Of a stretch of 64,000 nt of DNA, positions 52,134-64,000 are shown one piece after another (position 1 is the first letter of the stretch; every line of letters begins with the position of its first letter). The stretch comes from Octopus sinensis (taxonomy: Eukaryota). The notes beneath the pieces were generated by a model. The model saw only the letters and a program-made list of their open reading frames with translations. It was not told the DNA's origin and did no database searches. The translations under genes and the position numbers were made by a program. The stretch is taken from contig NC_043005.1 in assembly GCF_006345805.1 (NCBI RefSeq), forward strand, positions 6,324,001-6,388,000. The letters run 5' to 3'.

Positions 52134-53370
52134 GTTTACTCGAACACTACTGGATTCATTTTATCGAGCCCTGAGTGTATGAGAAGCTACTCAACAGGAC
52201 TGGCAACAGAGCCAACTATTAGACAAGCATTTAGTCTAAATCTGATCTGATGTTGACGGAGAAATTGAAAGAGAGAAGAGAGGAAGAAAGAGAGAAGTAA
52301 GACTGGAAAAAAGAAAACGGAGGAAAGCAGGAAGGAATGAAGGAAAAGGAAAGAAAGAGAATCGAGTGAGCCGGTGGGGTCAGATAATGATCAACCAGAT
52401 GGGCTAAACGAGAGTGAGAGTGGTGAAGGAGAGGGGCAGCAGTAAGATATAAAGGTTTATAAATAAAGGCCAAAGGCAACACATCCCGAGAATGTATTTC
52501 AGTGGTAGAGACCGGAAACGGAAGTGAAAGAGGAGCGACTTGACTCTCAGAGGCGAGACGTGAAGGTTTGCTGTCTTAACTGATGTGATTAGACGAGTTG
52601 TCAAGGTTACGTCACTAAAATAATATCACAACAATAACATTCAACAACAAACAAACACACACACGCTTTCTAATATTGTTCTTCGCAGATATGTGACACA
52701 CTCTCTCACCCCCCTCTCTCTCTCTCCCCTCTCTCTCTCTCCCCCTCTTTCTCTCTCCCTATCTCTCTCTCCCCCTCTTTCTCTCTCCCCTTCTCTCTCT
52801 CTCTCCCCTTCTCTCTCTCTCTCTCTCTCTATCTATCTCTGTCTCCTCTGTGTGTGTGTTCGATAGGCGTGTGTATGTGTGTGTATATATATATGCATGT
52901 ATGTATGCACATGCATATATATGAATGTGTGTGTACGTGTTCGTATATTTATATAGATATGTTTATGTATAAATACATGCATATATATAAATATACACAC
53001 ATACATATATATGTACACAAACATATATACTTCTAGTCGCGCGCACACACACACACACATATTTATCACACACACGCGCGCATATATCTATCTTATGAAA
53101 CCGGAAGACTAATTACATTAATCAACTGTTTGTACTGGGGCACCTGATAAAATAAATCAAAATAAACAAATAATCACAAGGAAATGAAAACAGGGATTGG
53201 GGAGGGAGAGGGTGGGTGGGGGTGGAGGGGAGGCTGAACATGAAAGCGAAACTTTCTTTTGCTTAGAGTCATCTGGGACGACATCTTCATCCTTGTCAGT
53301 TCCTTCGTTCTAGTTCTGACTGCATATTAAACCTGAATGTAAATATAGAGACGGTAGCGCCGATACTGGA

Positions 53371-53596
53371 ACACACACACACACACACACACATACCACA
53401 CACACACACACCACCACCACCACACACACACACACACACCACACCACACACACACATACCACACACACACACACACCACCACCACACACACACACACCAC
53501 ACACACCACCACACACACACATACCACACACCACACCACCACACACACATACCACACCACACACCACACATACACACACACATACACACACACACA
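53371..53596. repeat. (CA)/(CAC) microsatellite
   Basis: Directly visible. Confidence 0.95.
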
Positions 53597-54419
53597 AGGT
53601 CGATCGTTTGATAAAAGGGTGTGAGTGTTTTGATACATGTTTTATATGTGGATACGTATACACATATATAAACAACTACATACAGTCATACACTCATAAG
53701 CGTATAGGTGTATTTACATACGTGTGTGTGTGTGTGTGTGTGCGTGCGTGCCTGCGTGTGTGTGTGTACGCATGTATAATCCCGCTAAATGTTATCCCTT
53801 TTAAGCTTTGACGGATGCCGAAAGGTCAAGTACAACGAAAGACGTACGTAAACATAGACTCGGGGTGGCCTTACGGAGTTTGTTAGAAGAAACTTTCCGC
53901 ACCTCTGTATAGGTGGGGCACTTTTTAATATCTTTTAGTCCTAGAGGAAGCAGCAGCTCCCATGACCTCCGTTCGTTTTGTCAGAACCGTCGAGATTTAG
54001 TAGAAGGAAGGGAGGACGTTAACCTCAAACCGGAGATCCTGTTTGAATCCCTTGAAACAGAATAAACCCTGGTAAAGGCACTCAAACACCTGGTAATGCA
54101 CTCGGGTGACGGGTTAAATCACAAATTACCACCCAACAATTTTAAGAATAAATACTGCAAGGCTTTTTGTCTCGATGCTCTTGAACAATGCCGTCAATCT
54201 ATGCCCTGGAGGGATTTTTTTTTCAACCCCGGAAGCATTAAAAATAGTTGACCTCAGCAGAATTTGAACTCAGAGTGCTGTGAACCGGAACAAAAATTCT
54301 GCCAATACACCGCCTAAACGTGATCACGCTACAGCCGTTTCGACGCGCCGATGTGTGGCCGTGAAAAGGATTGTTAAATGTGTCTATGGTAGGAAGGATT
54401 ATTAAACACTGAAGTTTCC

Positions 54420-54738
54420 ATCCGACTCTTTACGTTCTGAGTTCAAATCCCGTTGAGGTTAACTTTGCTTTTCATTTTTCTAAAGTTGATAAATTAAGTA
54501 CCAGCCAAGTACTAGGATTAGATGGTATCGACAAAACCCTCTATTCTCAAATTTGCTGGCTTTGTGCCTAAATAAGAAACCAGTAATAAGAGAACGGTGA
54601 GCTGGCACAACCGTTGGCGCGTCGGACAAAATGTTTGGCAGTTTTCCCTCCGTCTTTTTGCAATCTGAACTCAAGTTCCGTCGGGATCACCTTCGTCCTC
54701 CTTCTTTTCGGGGTCGATAAAATAAAGTATCAGTTGAG
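54420..54738 (+). mobile_element. Two degraded SINE family 2 copies
   Basis: TTACGTTCTGAGTTCAAATCC; TTTCGGGGTCGATAAAATAAAGTATCAG. Confidence 0.8.
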
Positions 54739-57255
54739 AAGGATGTGTTGGTGGAGTTGTTGACGTTTAAGTCTCCCGGTTAGCTGTCATTAAACAAATT
54801 TATGACCAAAACATTCCAGCCATAACCATCCCGCCTTTCTTGGTTTATCTCGGATTGCATTTCCAATACGTCATTCATTGTTTTTTTTTGTAAATGTGAA
54901 GTTTACGACCGGAATGTCGAATGTCTGCATGCTTCAGGTTTGGCTTAAGGGAGTTTGGGGCTGTTATTTCTAGCTGACGTAATGACCATATAGAAGCTCC
55001 CTCGTAAGGGTTTTGTTAGAATGTAATGCTGAAGTCTTCTGTGGATGTCGTGAGAAGCCGATATTGGAGTGCGATGGTGAATGAACCAACCAGCCATTTT
55101 ACCTTTCCAATTTCGTCCGCTGGGACAAAGAGACGGACTGACAAGCCTTTTGAGGTATTTCTTTGTTGTAAGGAAGAGGAAGGATTCGATGGTTTAGGCA
55201 GGGCCTTTCATCAGTGTAAGTGTGTGTGTGTGTGTTGTGTGTATGTGTGTGTGTGTGTGTGTGTAAAAATAGAATTTTTGAATATCCAAATAATCAAATT
55301 TATGTTAATTATTTCGATATTCAAAAATTCTATTTTTACACACACACACGCACAAATTTACAGTGGTCAGTGGAGAATTGTGAACTGACCAACCAGTTTC
55401 TTACCCACCAAGCCAAACAAGTCACTTCACAGACACCCCACAACCACCTCCACCACCAGTTTCAGAGCACTGACGTAACGTGGGTTTCCAGTGCTTGGGA
55501 CGAAGCAAAATAGTTCCTGTGCGAGAGGTAGGGCACGCTCGATTGATCTGCCCCAATCGCCTTCGCTCGGGGTTTCTAGCCTTGTGCCTTAATGTTATTA
55601 CTACCTGGTTTTTGTATTGGATTGTAGGGAAGAGAGAAGTCACTGAAAAGGTCGCGAATATGACTGGCAAACAATCAATTGATTGTTTAGCCAACACATT
55701 AAACAAACGATTGATCAGTTAGTTGGTTAGATTGACTAACAATAAAGAAGTGATACTTAGCCAGTGTGTGTGTTTATTGTTATTGGTGTAATGACCTTCG
55801 CAAGACACAAGAACTATAATTACTTCATTTTTTTTTTTTGAAATTTTTCTCCCCTAACAATGTTGCTTCAAGGGCAACTGCCACTGTGGCCCTGCCCACG
55901 ATGCGTCACAGCTCCTCAGAAGAAATTACAATGAAGTTCCTGAAATCCGTTTATGGTTTCCAAGGTTTTAAAGCCTGACAACAGCCCTTTCTACAGGGGA
56001 AAACGGTAGGGAGCAACAGCAACAAAAACAACAAGATAATCAAAACAACAACAACAACAACAACAACGCTACAACAACAAAAACAACAACGGCAGTGACG
56101 ACAGGAACGGCTTCGTACCCGGAAGATACAAGAATCGACTTGAAACTATTCCACAAGTCTTAATAAGGATAATACGGGGAGGCTGGCCGCACCTGACACC
56201 CACAGACAGGCTGTAAAATAAGTCAGTGAGTCTCTTGAGGCGGAATGGAGCGGGGGGGGGGGGGGAGATGAGGCAGGGAAGGAAGCAGCAGAGAATTGAG
56301 AGATGAGAAAACAGCGGTGGTGATGCTACTGTTGGTGGTGGCGGTGGTGGTGGTGGCTTCCGTGAAGCTGTTGCTGCTGGTAGTAGTGATGGTGGTGTTA
56401 GCGGAGTTGGTTTCTTTTTGTTGTTGTTGGTGTTGTTGATGTGGTGGGGGTGTCAGTGGAATTGATGCTGTTGCTGATGGCGGCGTAGTTGTTGCTAGCC
56501 ATATTGATGAAATGCTGTGGTGGTGGTCATGATGATGGTGGTGATGATGATGGTGGTGATGATGATGGTGGTGATGATGATGATGTTGGTACGACCAACC
56601 GAGTTGCAGTTGTTGGGTGTTGTGTAGCTGCAGGTGAAAGGCAAGGGGGGGGGCGACTTAACCCCCCCCCGCTCCCCGTCATTGGCTTGTAGCTTATTGT
56701 TCGAACAACGCTCGATCAAAGACACTCTGGTCATGACCACCCGGTAGACCATGATTCGAGGAGCATTTGTTTGCTATTTCTAGCAGGCCCATCAATCGCA
56801 TTAAGGCTCCCGCGTTGATGTTTGCTGTTGATGTCGATGATGATAATGGTGGTGGCGGCGGCGGTGGTGGTGGTTGCATGATGTGGGGGTGGGGGGTTAG
56901 GAATGGCTTAGTTTTAAGAATATATTAAACAATTGGGATTCAGCCATCATTTTTCGTGTTCCCCCTCCCCTCTAATGTTTCCGGCAGTTGGCAATACCAT
57001 AACCGAGTTTTCTTCATCTCCCCACCCCCCGCGCCATTGCTGCTGCTGCTACGACTACTACTACTACTAATAATTCTACTCGTCTAAGCATCTCTATCAT
57101 CCACCCCCTTTTCACCTCACCTTGCTTCACTCACCTTTCACCCCCTCCCCCACTAACCCCACTCCACTCCGAACCCTCGCTCCACAGCTTCACTCGAAAT
57201 GTATCCGCCCACAACTCACCTTCAACCCGTTCTGCGCCCTTCTGCGCGCACGCGC

Positions 57256-57294
<39 letters not shown>

Positions 57295-57654
57295 TACGGT
57301 TGGTTATATTTCATCTCGCATATATATACAAGCGTATACACAGGGCTGACTCACGCACACACAATCGCCATTGTCACACATACAAACACCCATACAAACA
57401 CGAACACATACACCTGCTGTTTGCAATGTACACTCCACCTCAGTCACTCATTTTCTTTTTACTACACACACACACAAGCGCGCGCGAGTGGTTAGGTTCA
57501 CTCATACACACCACTCACCACTATCGCATACATACACACTCGAGCAGGTATAAGCACTCACTCACACGCACATACACACACACACAAACAGGTATACACA
57601 CATATCTATAGTTTGCTAGATATACTAACTTTTCTTTTTAATTATACACTCACA

Positions 57655-57798
57655 TATCGTCTGTCTTTACGTTCTGAGTTCAAATTCCGCCAAGGTCGAC
57701 TTTGCCTTTCATCCTTTCGGGGTCGATAAATTAAGTACCAGTTGCAACTGCCCAAGCCTTCCCCAAAATTTCGGGCCTTGTTCTTGGAGTAAAAAAGA
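57655..57798 (+). mobile_element. SINE family 2 fragment
   Basis: GCCTTTCATCCTTTCGGGGTCGATAAATTAAGTACCAG. Confidence 0.9.
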
Positions 57799-58339
57799 TT
57801 ATACACTCATATACATATAAGCGCAGACTAGACTCCTACCTATACACTCATACCAACCAAACAGGCACACACACACACACGCACACACACACATATGCAC
57901 ACACACGCACGCACACACACACACACACACACACACATCTCAGACACCTACTCAAAGTTTTTATCTCCGCTCTTCAAGCAACGACTCATTTCTCCTCCAA
58001 CAGAGGTGAGTTATTACTCCAAGTTTAGTAGTTTCGTCTGAATCACCAGAAAGGTATTCCATCATCATGCGTGAATATAGAATATTATCATATAATAGTA
58101 TTAGATGGCACCATCTGTTGGTTCTTATAAAACCCACCAACCCTCTTGCTACATCCCACCAGCATCACAGGCAGCAGTTGTTTGAATTCTCTTTTATTTG
58201 TGTTTATCTTCATCTTTTCATTTCATATTTCAGCATCCCGCCTCATTTGCCTCTACCACGACTGCCTATTTCGTTAACCAGTTTGATAATAATATATAAG
58301 GAGTGAAAGGCGGCGAGATGGCAGAAACGTTAAGCTCTC

Positions 58340-58588
58340 ACCTTGTGAGTGGATTTGGTAGACGGAAACTGAAACACGTCCATCGTATATTATGTGTGTG
58401 TGTGTCCCCGCCCTCCATCGCTTGACAACCGATGTTGGTGGGTTTAAATCCCCATAACGTAGCGGTTCGGCAAAAAGAGACCGACAGAATAAGTGCTAGG
58501 CTTACAAAGAATAAGTCCCGGGGTTTATTTGTTCGACTAAAGGCGATGCCCCAGCATGGCCGCAGTCGACTGAAACAAGTGAAAGATG
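58340..58588 (+). mobile_element. SINE family 1, 5'-truncated, abutting a family 2 head (58307-58333)
   Basis: CCTTGTGAGTGGATTTGGTAGACGGAAACTG through the tail. Confidence 0.88.
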
Positions 58589-59274
58589 GAAAGGAAGTCG
58601 CCGGGCTGAATAAAAATTCGATTCACGCAATCGAAACAGCACCGTCAGGTCGACTCTCATCTCGCTCCGGTATGAGTTACCTTTCTAAACATAGCATTTC
58701 TACGAAGAGATTTTCTCTCAGATGAAAACCATTGCATTGTGCCTGTCAACGGTGTACATGTGTTAAACATGGTACATATATAGCTATTTCATCCTGTGAG
58801 GTTTGGGATTAGAATCAGACCATAACCATTATTGGATTTGATTTAACAACAAAAAAGGAATTTCTGTAGGATAAGATCCTTCTATCTAAACACTCGTCAT
58901 CTTGATACTTAAAAAAAATGGGGGACTAACTCCACGCGGTCATTCAACCCATTAAAAATAGAACCACGTTCCCTTCGAGTCACACCATCGTCTCAAAGAA
59001 AAAAGAATACAGATAATATATTCCCACACGTTTCTAAAAATAGACGAGATAGTCACGACTGGAATGTCTTCATCATTAAGGTCTGTTTGACCGGGGTTGA
59101 CCTGCGGCTAAACCACAGCAAGAACATCAACAAGCCTGAATGAGTCAATTCCATTCGATTTCCTCGATGATTTGGAAAACGGAAGTCCCATAGTTTAGTG
59201 ACCCTCAACGTTCAGAGATTAATCGCGCGCGCGCGCACACTCGCATACGTATAGATAGATAGATATATATATAT

Positions 59275-59335
<61 letters not shown>

Positions 59336-59372
59336 GTGAGAAAGAAATTGGAATAACCAGATGTGTGCTATC

Positions 59373-59529
59373 AGGCGTGGCTGTGTGTTAAGAAGCATAC
59401 TTCCCAACCACATGGTTCCGGGTTCAGTCCCTCTGCGTGGCACCTTGGGCAAGTCTCTTATACTATAGCCTCGGGTCAACCAAAGCCTTGTGAGTGGATA
59501 TGATAAACGGAAACTGAAAGAAGCTCGTC

Positions 59530-59561
<32 letters not shown>

Positions 59562-59796
59562 GATAAGATAAGCACCAGGCTAACAACGAATAAGTTCAGG
59601 GGTCATTTTATTGTTCTATTCTTGTACTTGTTTCAGTCAATTGACTGTGGCCATAATGGAGCACCGCCTTATTGTCGAAGAAATCGACCCCTGCAATATT
59701 CCCTGGATTATTCTTTCGATCTCTTCTGCCGAACCGCTAAGTTACGGGGATGCAAACACACCAATATCGGTTGTCAAGCGATGGTGGTTGTAGGGG

Positions 59797-59798
<2 letters not shown>
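59373..59798. mobile_element. Two partial SINE family 1 copies tail-to-tail
   Basis: Plus-strand head and body at 59373-59603; minus-strand tail half at 59620-59798. Confidence 0.85.
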
Positions 59799-59877
<79 letters not shown>

Positions 59878-60123
59878 TGTATGTATGTATGTATGTGTGT
59901 GTGTATGTATGTATGTATGTATGTATGTATGTATGTATGTATGTATGTGTGTGTGTATGTATGTATGTATGTATGTATGTATGTATGTATGTATGTATGT
60001 ACGTGTGTATGTATGTATGTATGTATGTTTGTATGTATGTATGTATGTATGTATGTATGTATGTATGTATGTATGTGTGTGTGTATGTATGTATGTATGT
60101 GTGTGTGTATGTATGTATGTATG

Positions 60124-60245
60124 TATACGAAGGAGTGCTAAAATTTTCCTGGCTTTGGATAAAATAAAATACAGAAGGGTCAGTTAATTGTGATTTCATA
60201 CAAACACATTCCACTTTGAGATTTATACACTTATTGCAGCAGTCT
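60124..60245 (+). mobile_element. Left half of the mariner-like MITE family
   Basis: TACGAAGGAGTGCTAAAATTTTCCTGGCTTTGG resembles 49127-49160. Confidence 0.6.
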
Positions 60246-60333
60246 TTGCTTGTATATACGCAGTGAAGCTATACAATAGCGTCGTATTTATTACGATTGT
60301 TATTTTCCAGTAAATATTGGTGCCTTGTACCAT

Positions 60334-60422
<89 letters not shown>

Positions 60423-60433
60423 ATCTATATATA

Positions 60434-60471
<38 letters not shown>

Positions 60472-60479
60472 TATATTAT

Positions 60480-60529
<50 letters not shown>

Positions 60530-60573
60530 TTATGTCATTGTTCAGTTTTATTTCAAGATTTCTTGTCAATGGA

Positions 60574-60623
60574 GAAAGAGCCGGTTTCCTACCTAGATTT
60601 GAGGGTCTTTCACTGGAATTTCA
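60574..60623 (-). ncRNA. Highly degenerate hammerhead-like motif
   Basis: Minus strand: CCAGTGA...GAAA-CCGG-CT with palindromic stem III. Several core changes. Confidence 0.3.
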
Positions 60624-60685
60624 ACATCAACAACAGAGTTTTTTGTCTCTCTCTATGTATGAGTGAGAGAGTAGTGCATGCCATC

Positions 60686-61346
60686 ATGTATGTATGTACA
60701 TATGTACGTATGCGTGTATGTATGTATGTTTGTATGTATGTTTGTATGTATGTACGTATGTATGTATGTATGTATATATGTATGTATGTATGTATGTATG
60801 CATGTATGTATGTATGTTTGTATGTATGTATGTATGTATATATGTACGTATGTATGTGTGTGTGCGTGCATGCATGTATGTATGTATGTATGTGCATGTA
60901 TGTTTGTATGTATGTATGTATATTATGTATGTATGTATGTATGTATGTATGTATGTATGTATGTATGATGAGTATATGTGTATGTATGTATGTATGTGTG
61001 TATGTATGTACGTATGTATGTGTGTGTGCGTGCATGCATGTAGTATGTATGTATGCAGTATGTTGTATGTATGTATGTATGTATGTACGTATATATGTAT
61101 GTATTATGTATGTATGTAGTATGTTGTTGTATGTATGTATGTATGTTGTATGTATGTATGTATGTATGTATGTACGATATATGTACGTATGTATGTGCGG
61201 TGCGTGAATGTATGTATGTATGTATGTATGGATGTATGTATGTATGTATGTATGTATGATGTATGTATTATGTATGCATGCGTGCATGCATGTATGTAGT
61301 ATGTATGTATGTATGTTTGTATGTATGTATGTATGTATGTATGTAC

Positions 61347-61377
<31 letters not shown>

Positions 61378-61633
61378 TGCATGTACGTATGTATGTACGT
61401 ATGTATGTATGTATGTATGTATGTATGTTGTATGTATGTATGTATGTATGTATGTACATATGTATGTAGTATGTATGTAGTATGTATGTACGTATGTATG
61501 TACGTATGTATATGTATGTATGTATGCATGTATGTAGTATGCATGTATGTATGTATGTATGCATGTATGTATGTATGCATGTATGTATGTATGTATGCAT
61601 GCGTGCATGCATGTATGTATGTATGCATGTATG

Positions 61634-61665
<32 letters not shown>

Positions 61666-62878
61666 TGTATGTACGTATGTATGTACGTATGTATGTATGT
61701 ATGTATGTATGTATGTATGTATGTATAGCATGTATGTATGTAGTATGATGTATGTATGTTTGTATGTATGTATGTATGTATGTATGTATGTATGTATGTA
61801 TGTATGCATGTAGTATGTATGCATGTATGTATGTATGTATGTTTGTATGTATGTATGTTTGTATGTATGTATGTATGCATGTATGTATGTATGTATTGTA
61901 TGTATGTATGTATGCATGTATGTATGTATGCATGTATGTATGTATGTATGTTTGTATGTATGTATGTATGTACGTATGTATGTACGTATGTATGTATGTA
62001 TGTATGTGTATGTATGTATGTATGTACGTATGTATGTAGTATGTATGTATGTACGTATGTATGTATGTATGTATGTATGTATGTATGTATGTATGTAGTA
62101 TGTATGCATGTATGGTGTATGTATGTATGTATGTATGTTTGTATGTATGTATGTTGCATGTATGTATGTATGTATGTATGTATGTATGCATGTATTATGT
62201 ATGCATGTATGTATGTAGTGTGATGTATGTATGTATGTATGTATGTATGTTGGTATGTATGACGTATGTATGTATGTATGTATGTATGTATGTATGTATG
62301 TATGCAGTATGTATGTATGTATGTATGTATGTATGTATGTTTGTATGTATGTACGTATGTATGTATGTATGTATGTATGTATGTATGTATGTATGTATGC
62401 ATGTATGTATGTATGTATGTATGTATGTATGTATGTTTGTATGTATGTACGTATGTATGTATGTATGTATGTATGTATGTATGTATGTATGCATGTATGT
62501 ATGTATGTATGTATGTATGTATGTTTGTATGTATGTATGTATGCATGTATGTATGTATGCATGTATGTATGTATGTATGTTTGTATGTATGTATGTATGT
62601 ATGTATGTATGTATGCATGTATGTATGTATGTATGTATGTATGTATGTATGTATGTATGTATGTATGTATGCATGCATGTATGTATGTATGTATGTATGT
62701 ATGTATGTATGTATGTATGTATGTATGTATGTATGCATGTATGTATGTATGCATGTATGTATGTATGTATGTATGTATGTATGCATGTATGTATGTATGT
62801 ATGCATGTATGTATGTATGCATGTATGTATGTATGTATGTATGTATGTATGTATGTACGTGTGTATGTATGTACGTAT
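60686..62878. repeat. 2.2-kb (TATG)n with TACG/CATG/TTTG variants
   Basis: Directly visible; source of the 758-aa pseudo-ORF. Confidence 0.98.
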
Positions 62879-63504
62879 ACAAACATATATGAGTGTGTTT
62901 GTGTGTTTATAGTTAGGCAGCGAAATAGATAGATAGCTAGATAGACAGACAGACAGACAGATAGAGACAGGTATATAGATGGGGAGATATCAATTCCAAC
63001 TGCATCCTTTAAAAAGAAAACCTAATTTACAGTTTTTATTTATTGTTTTTGCTTTCTTTTTTTTTTTTTACCAGGATAGTTATTTTCACCAGAGAATGGT
63101 CATTTCCTTCAGGAATATTTACAGGAAGAGAAACAAATTGTAGTGTGGGTGGCAGAGCGTGCACTTGAGACTTGAAAGAAAACAGCTAGGAAGCCCTGCC
63201 TGCAAGTTCTTTTTGCTTGCAGGAAAATTTACTGACGTCACCTAATGATTTCAAGAAAGCAATGAACGCAAACCATTCCCGTTTTCTCCTTCTTCCCTCT
63301 TCTCTCTCCCCCTCTCTCTCACACACACACACAATTTATAAATACATTAGAGTGTTACCATTGATGTGAAGGGTAACTCTGGAAGTTATATATTTACCAT
63401 CAAGGGTAATATCAGGAAATACAGCATACGTTATATATCAGAATTATAATTTGACTTTCATCAAATTTCTTGGTGCTTATGCATAATGACGAAAAAAATA
63501 TAAA

Positions 63505-63705
63505 TTTGGTTGACGGAAACTGAATTGTGTGTGTGTGTGTGACAATCGGTGTTGATTTGTTTACTTCCCTGCAACTAGTAGTTTGGCAAAGCGACCCACA
63601 GAATAAATACCGGGCTTAGAAATCAGTACTGCGATCAACTTGTTCGATTAAAACCCTTCAAGGCGGTGCCCCAGCATGGCCGCAGCTCTATGACTGCATA
63701 AGTTC
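63505..63705 (+). mobile_element. SINE family 1, 3' part, diverged
   Basis: GACGGAAACTGAA...GGCGGTGCCCCAGCATGGCCGCAG. Confidence 0.8.
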
Positions 63706-63754
63706 AAACTCTGCATAAGGAGTAGACAACCACCATATATATATATATATATAT

Positions 63755-63976
63755 ATTTCAGGATGGTCATTTCTTTTTGTTTTTGCCAAATAAACACACG
63801 CACTACATTTTCGTTCTTGACTATAGCTTTATTATTGTTTTTATTCTAGTATTTAGTCCAGAACGGACTAAACAGAGAATCGCCGAGGAAGCCACAGGAT
63901 GTGTAACGAAAGATTACAGGCGGAGGACACGAAAATAAGAACACTAAAGAAGAAATAAACTGACCATCCCGAAATG
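63755..63976. repeat. Short element with inverted ends
   Basis: ATTTCAGGATGGTCA / TGACCATCCCGAAAT; internal TTTAGTCC / GGACTAAA hairpin. Confidence 0.55.
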
Positions 63977-64000
63977 TAACAATATCTGTTTCAACACACG

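Noticed and set aside
55026-55153. Possible coding exon ending at GAG/GTATTT
   Set aside because: No recognisable domain, weak splice signals, no partner exon.
56641-56672. G9/C9 hairpin resembling a terminator
   Set aside because: Homopolymer pairing, no U-tract, not prokaryotic.
60610-62886. 758-aa and other long HTYI/MYVC ORFs (also 46199-47606, 17845-18390)
   Set aside because: Stop-free translations of (TATG)n microsatellite.

Overview
Eukaryotic, AT-rich, repeat-saturated DNA with no recognisable intact protein-coding gene. The tRNA-headed SINE families and very high microsatellite load resemble an octopus (coleoid cephalopod) genome; that assignment is from recognition, not a search. 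Nearly all listed ORFs are artefacts of (TA)n, (TG)n, (TATG)n and (GAT)n arrays. Real coding remnants are LINE reverse-transcriptase fragments: two CR1-group families at 0.2-5 kb and RTE-clade pieces at 8.3, 14.0 and 15.8 kb. The window also holds at least four SINE families with shuffled modules, bipartite RTE derivatives, hAT/mariner/piggyBac/Merlin-like MITEs, Helitron and Helentron-type elements, a candidate solo LTR and a 100-N gap. The most interesting signals are: (1) a dispersed set of minimal type-I hammerhead ribozyme motifs of the Penelope-like kind next to microsatellites, with long fold-back structures nearby; (2) a 3' terminal stem-loop shared, with compensatory base changes, by the dominant SINE and a CR1-group LINE, pointing to the SINE's partner LINE; (3) multi-level nested insertions with readable TSDs.
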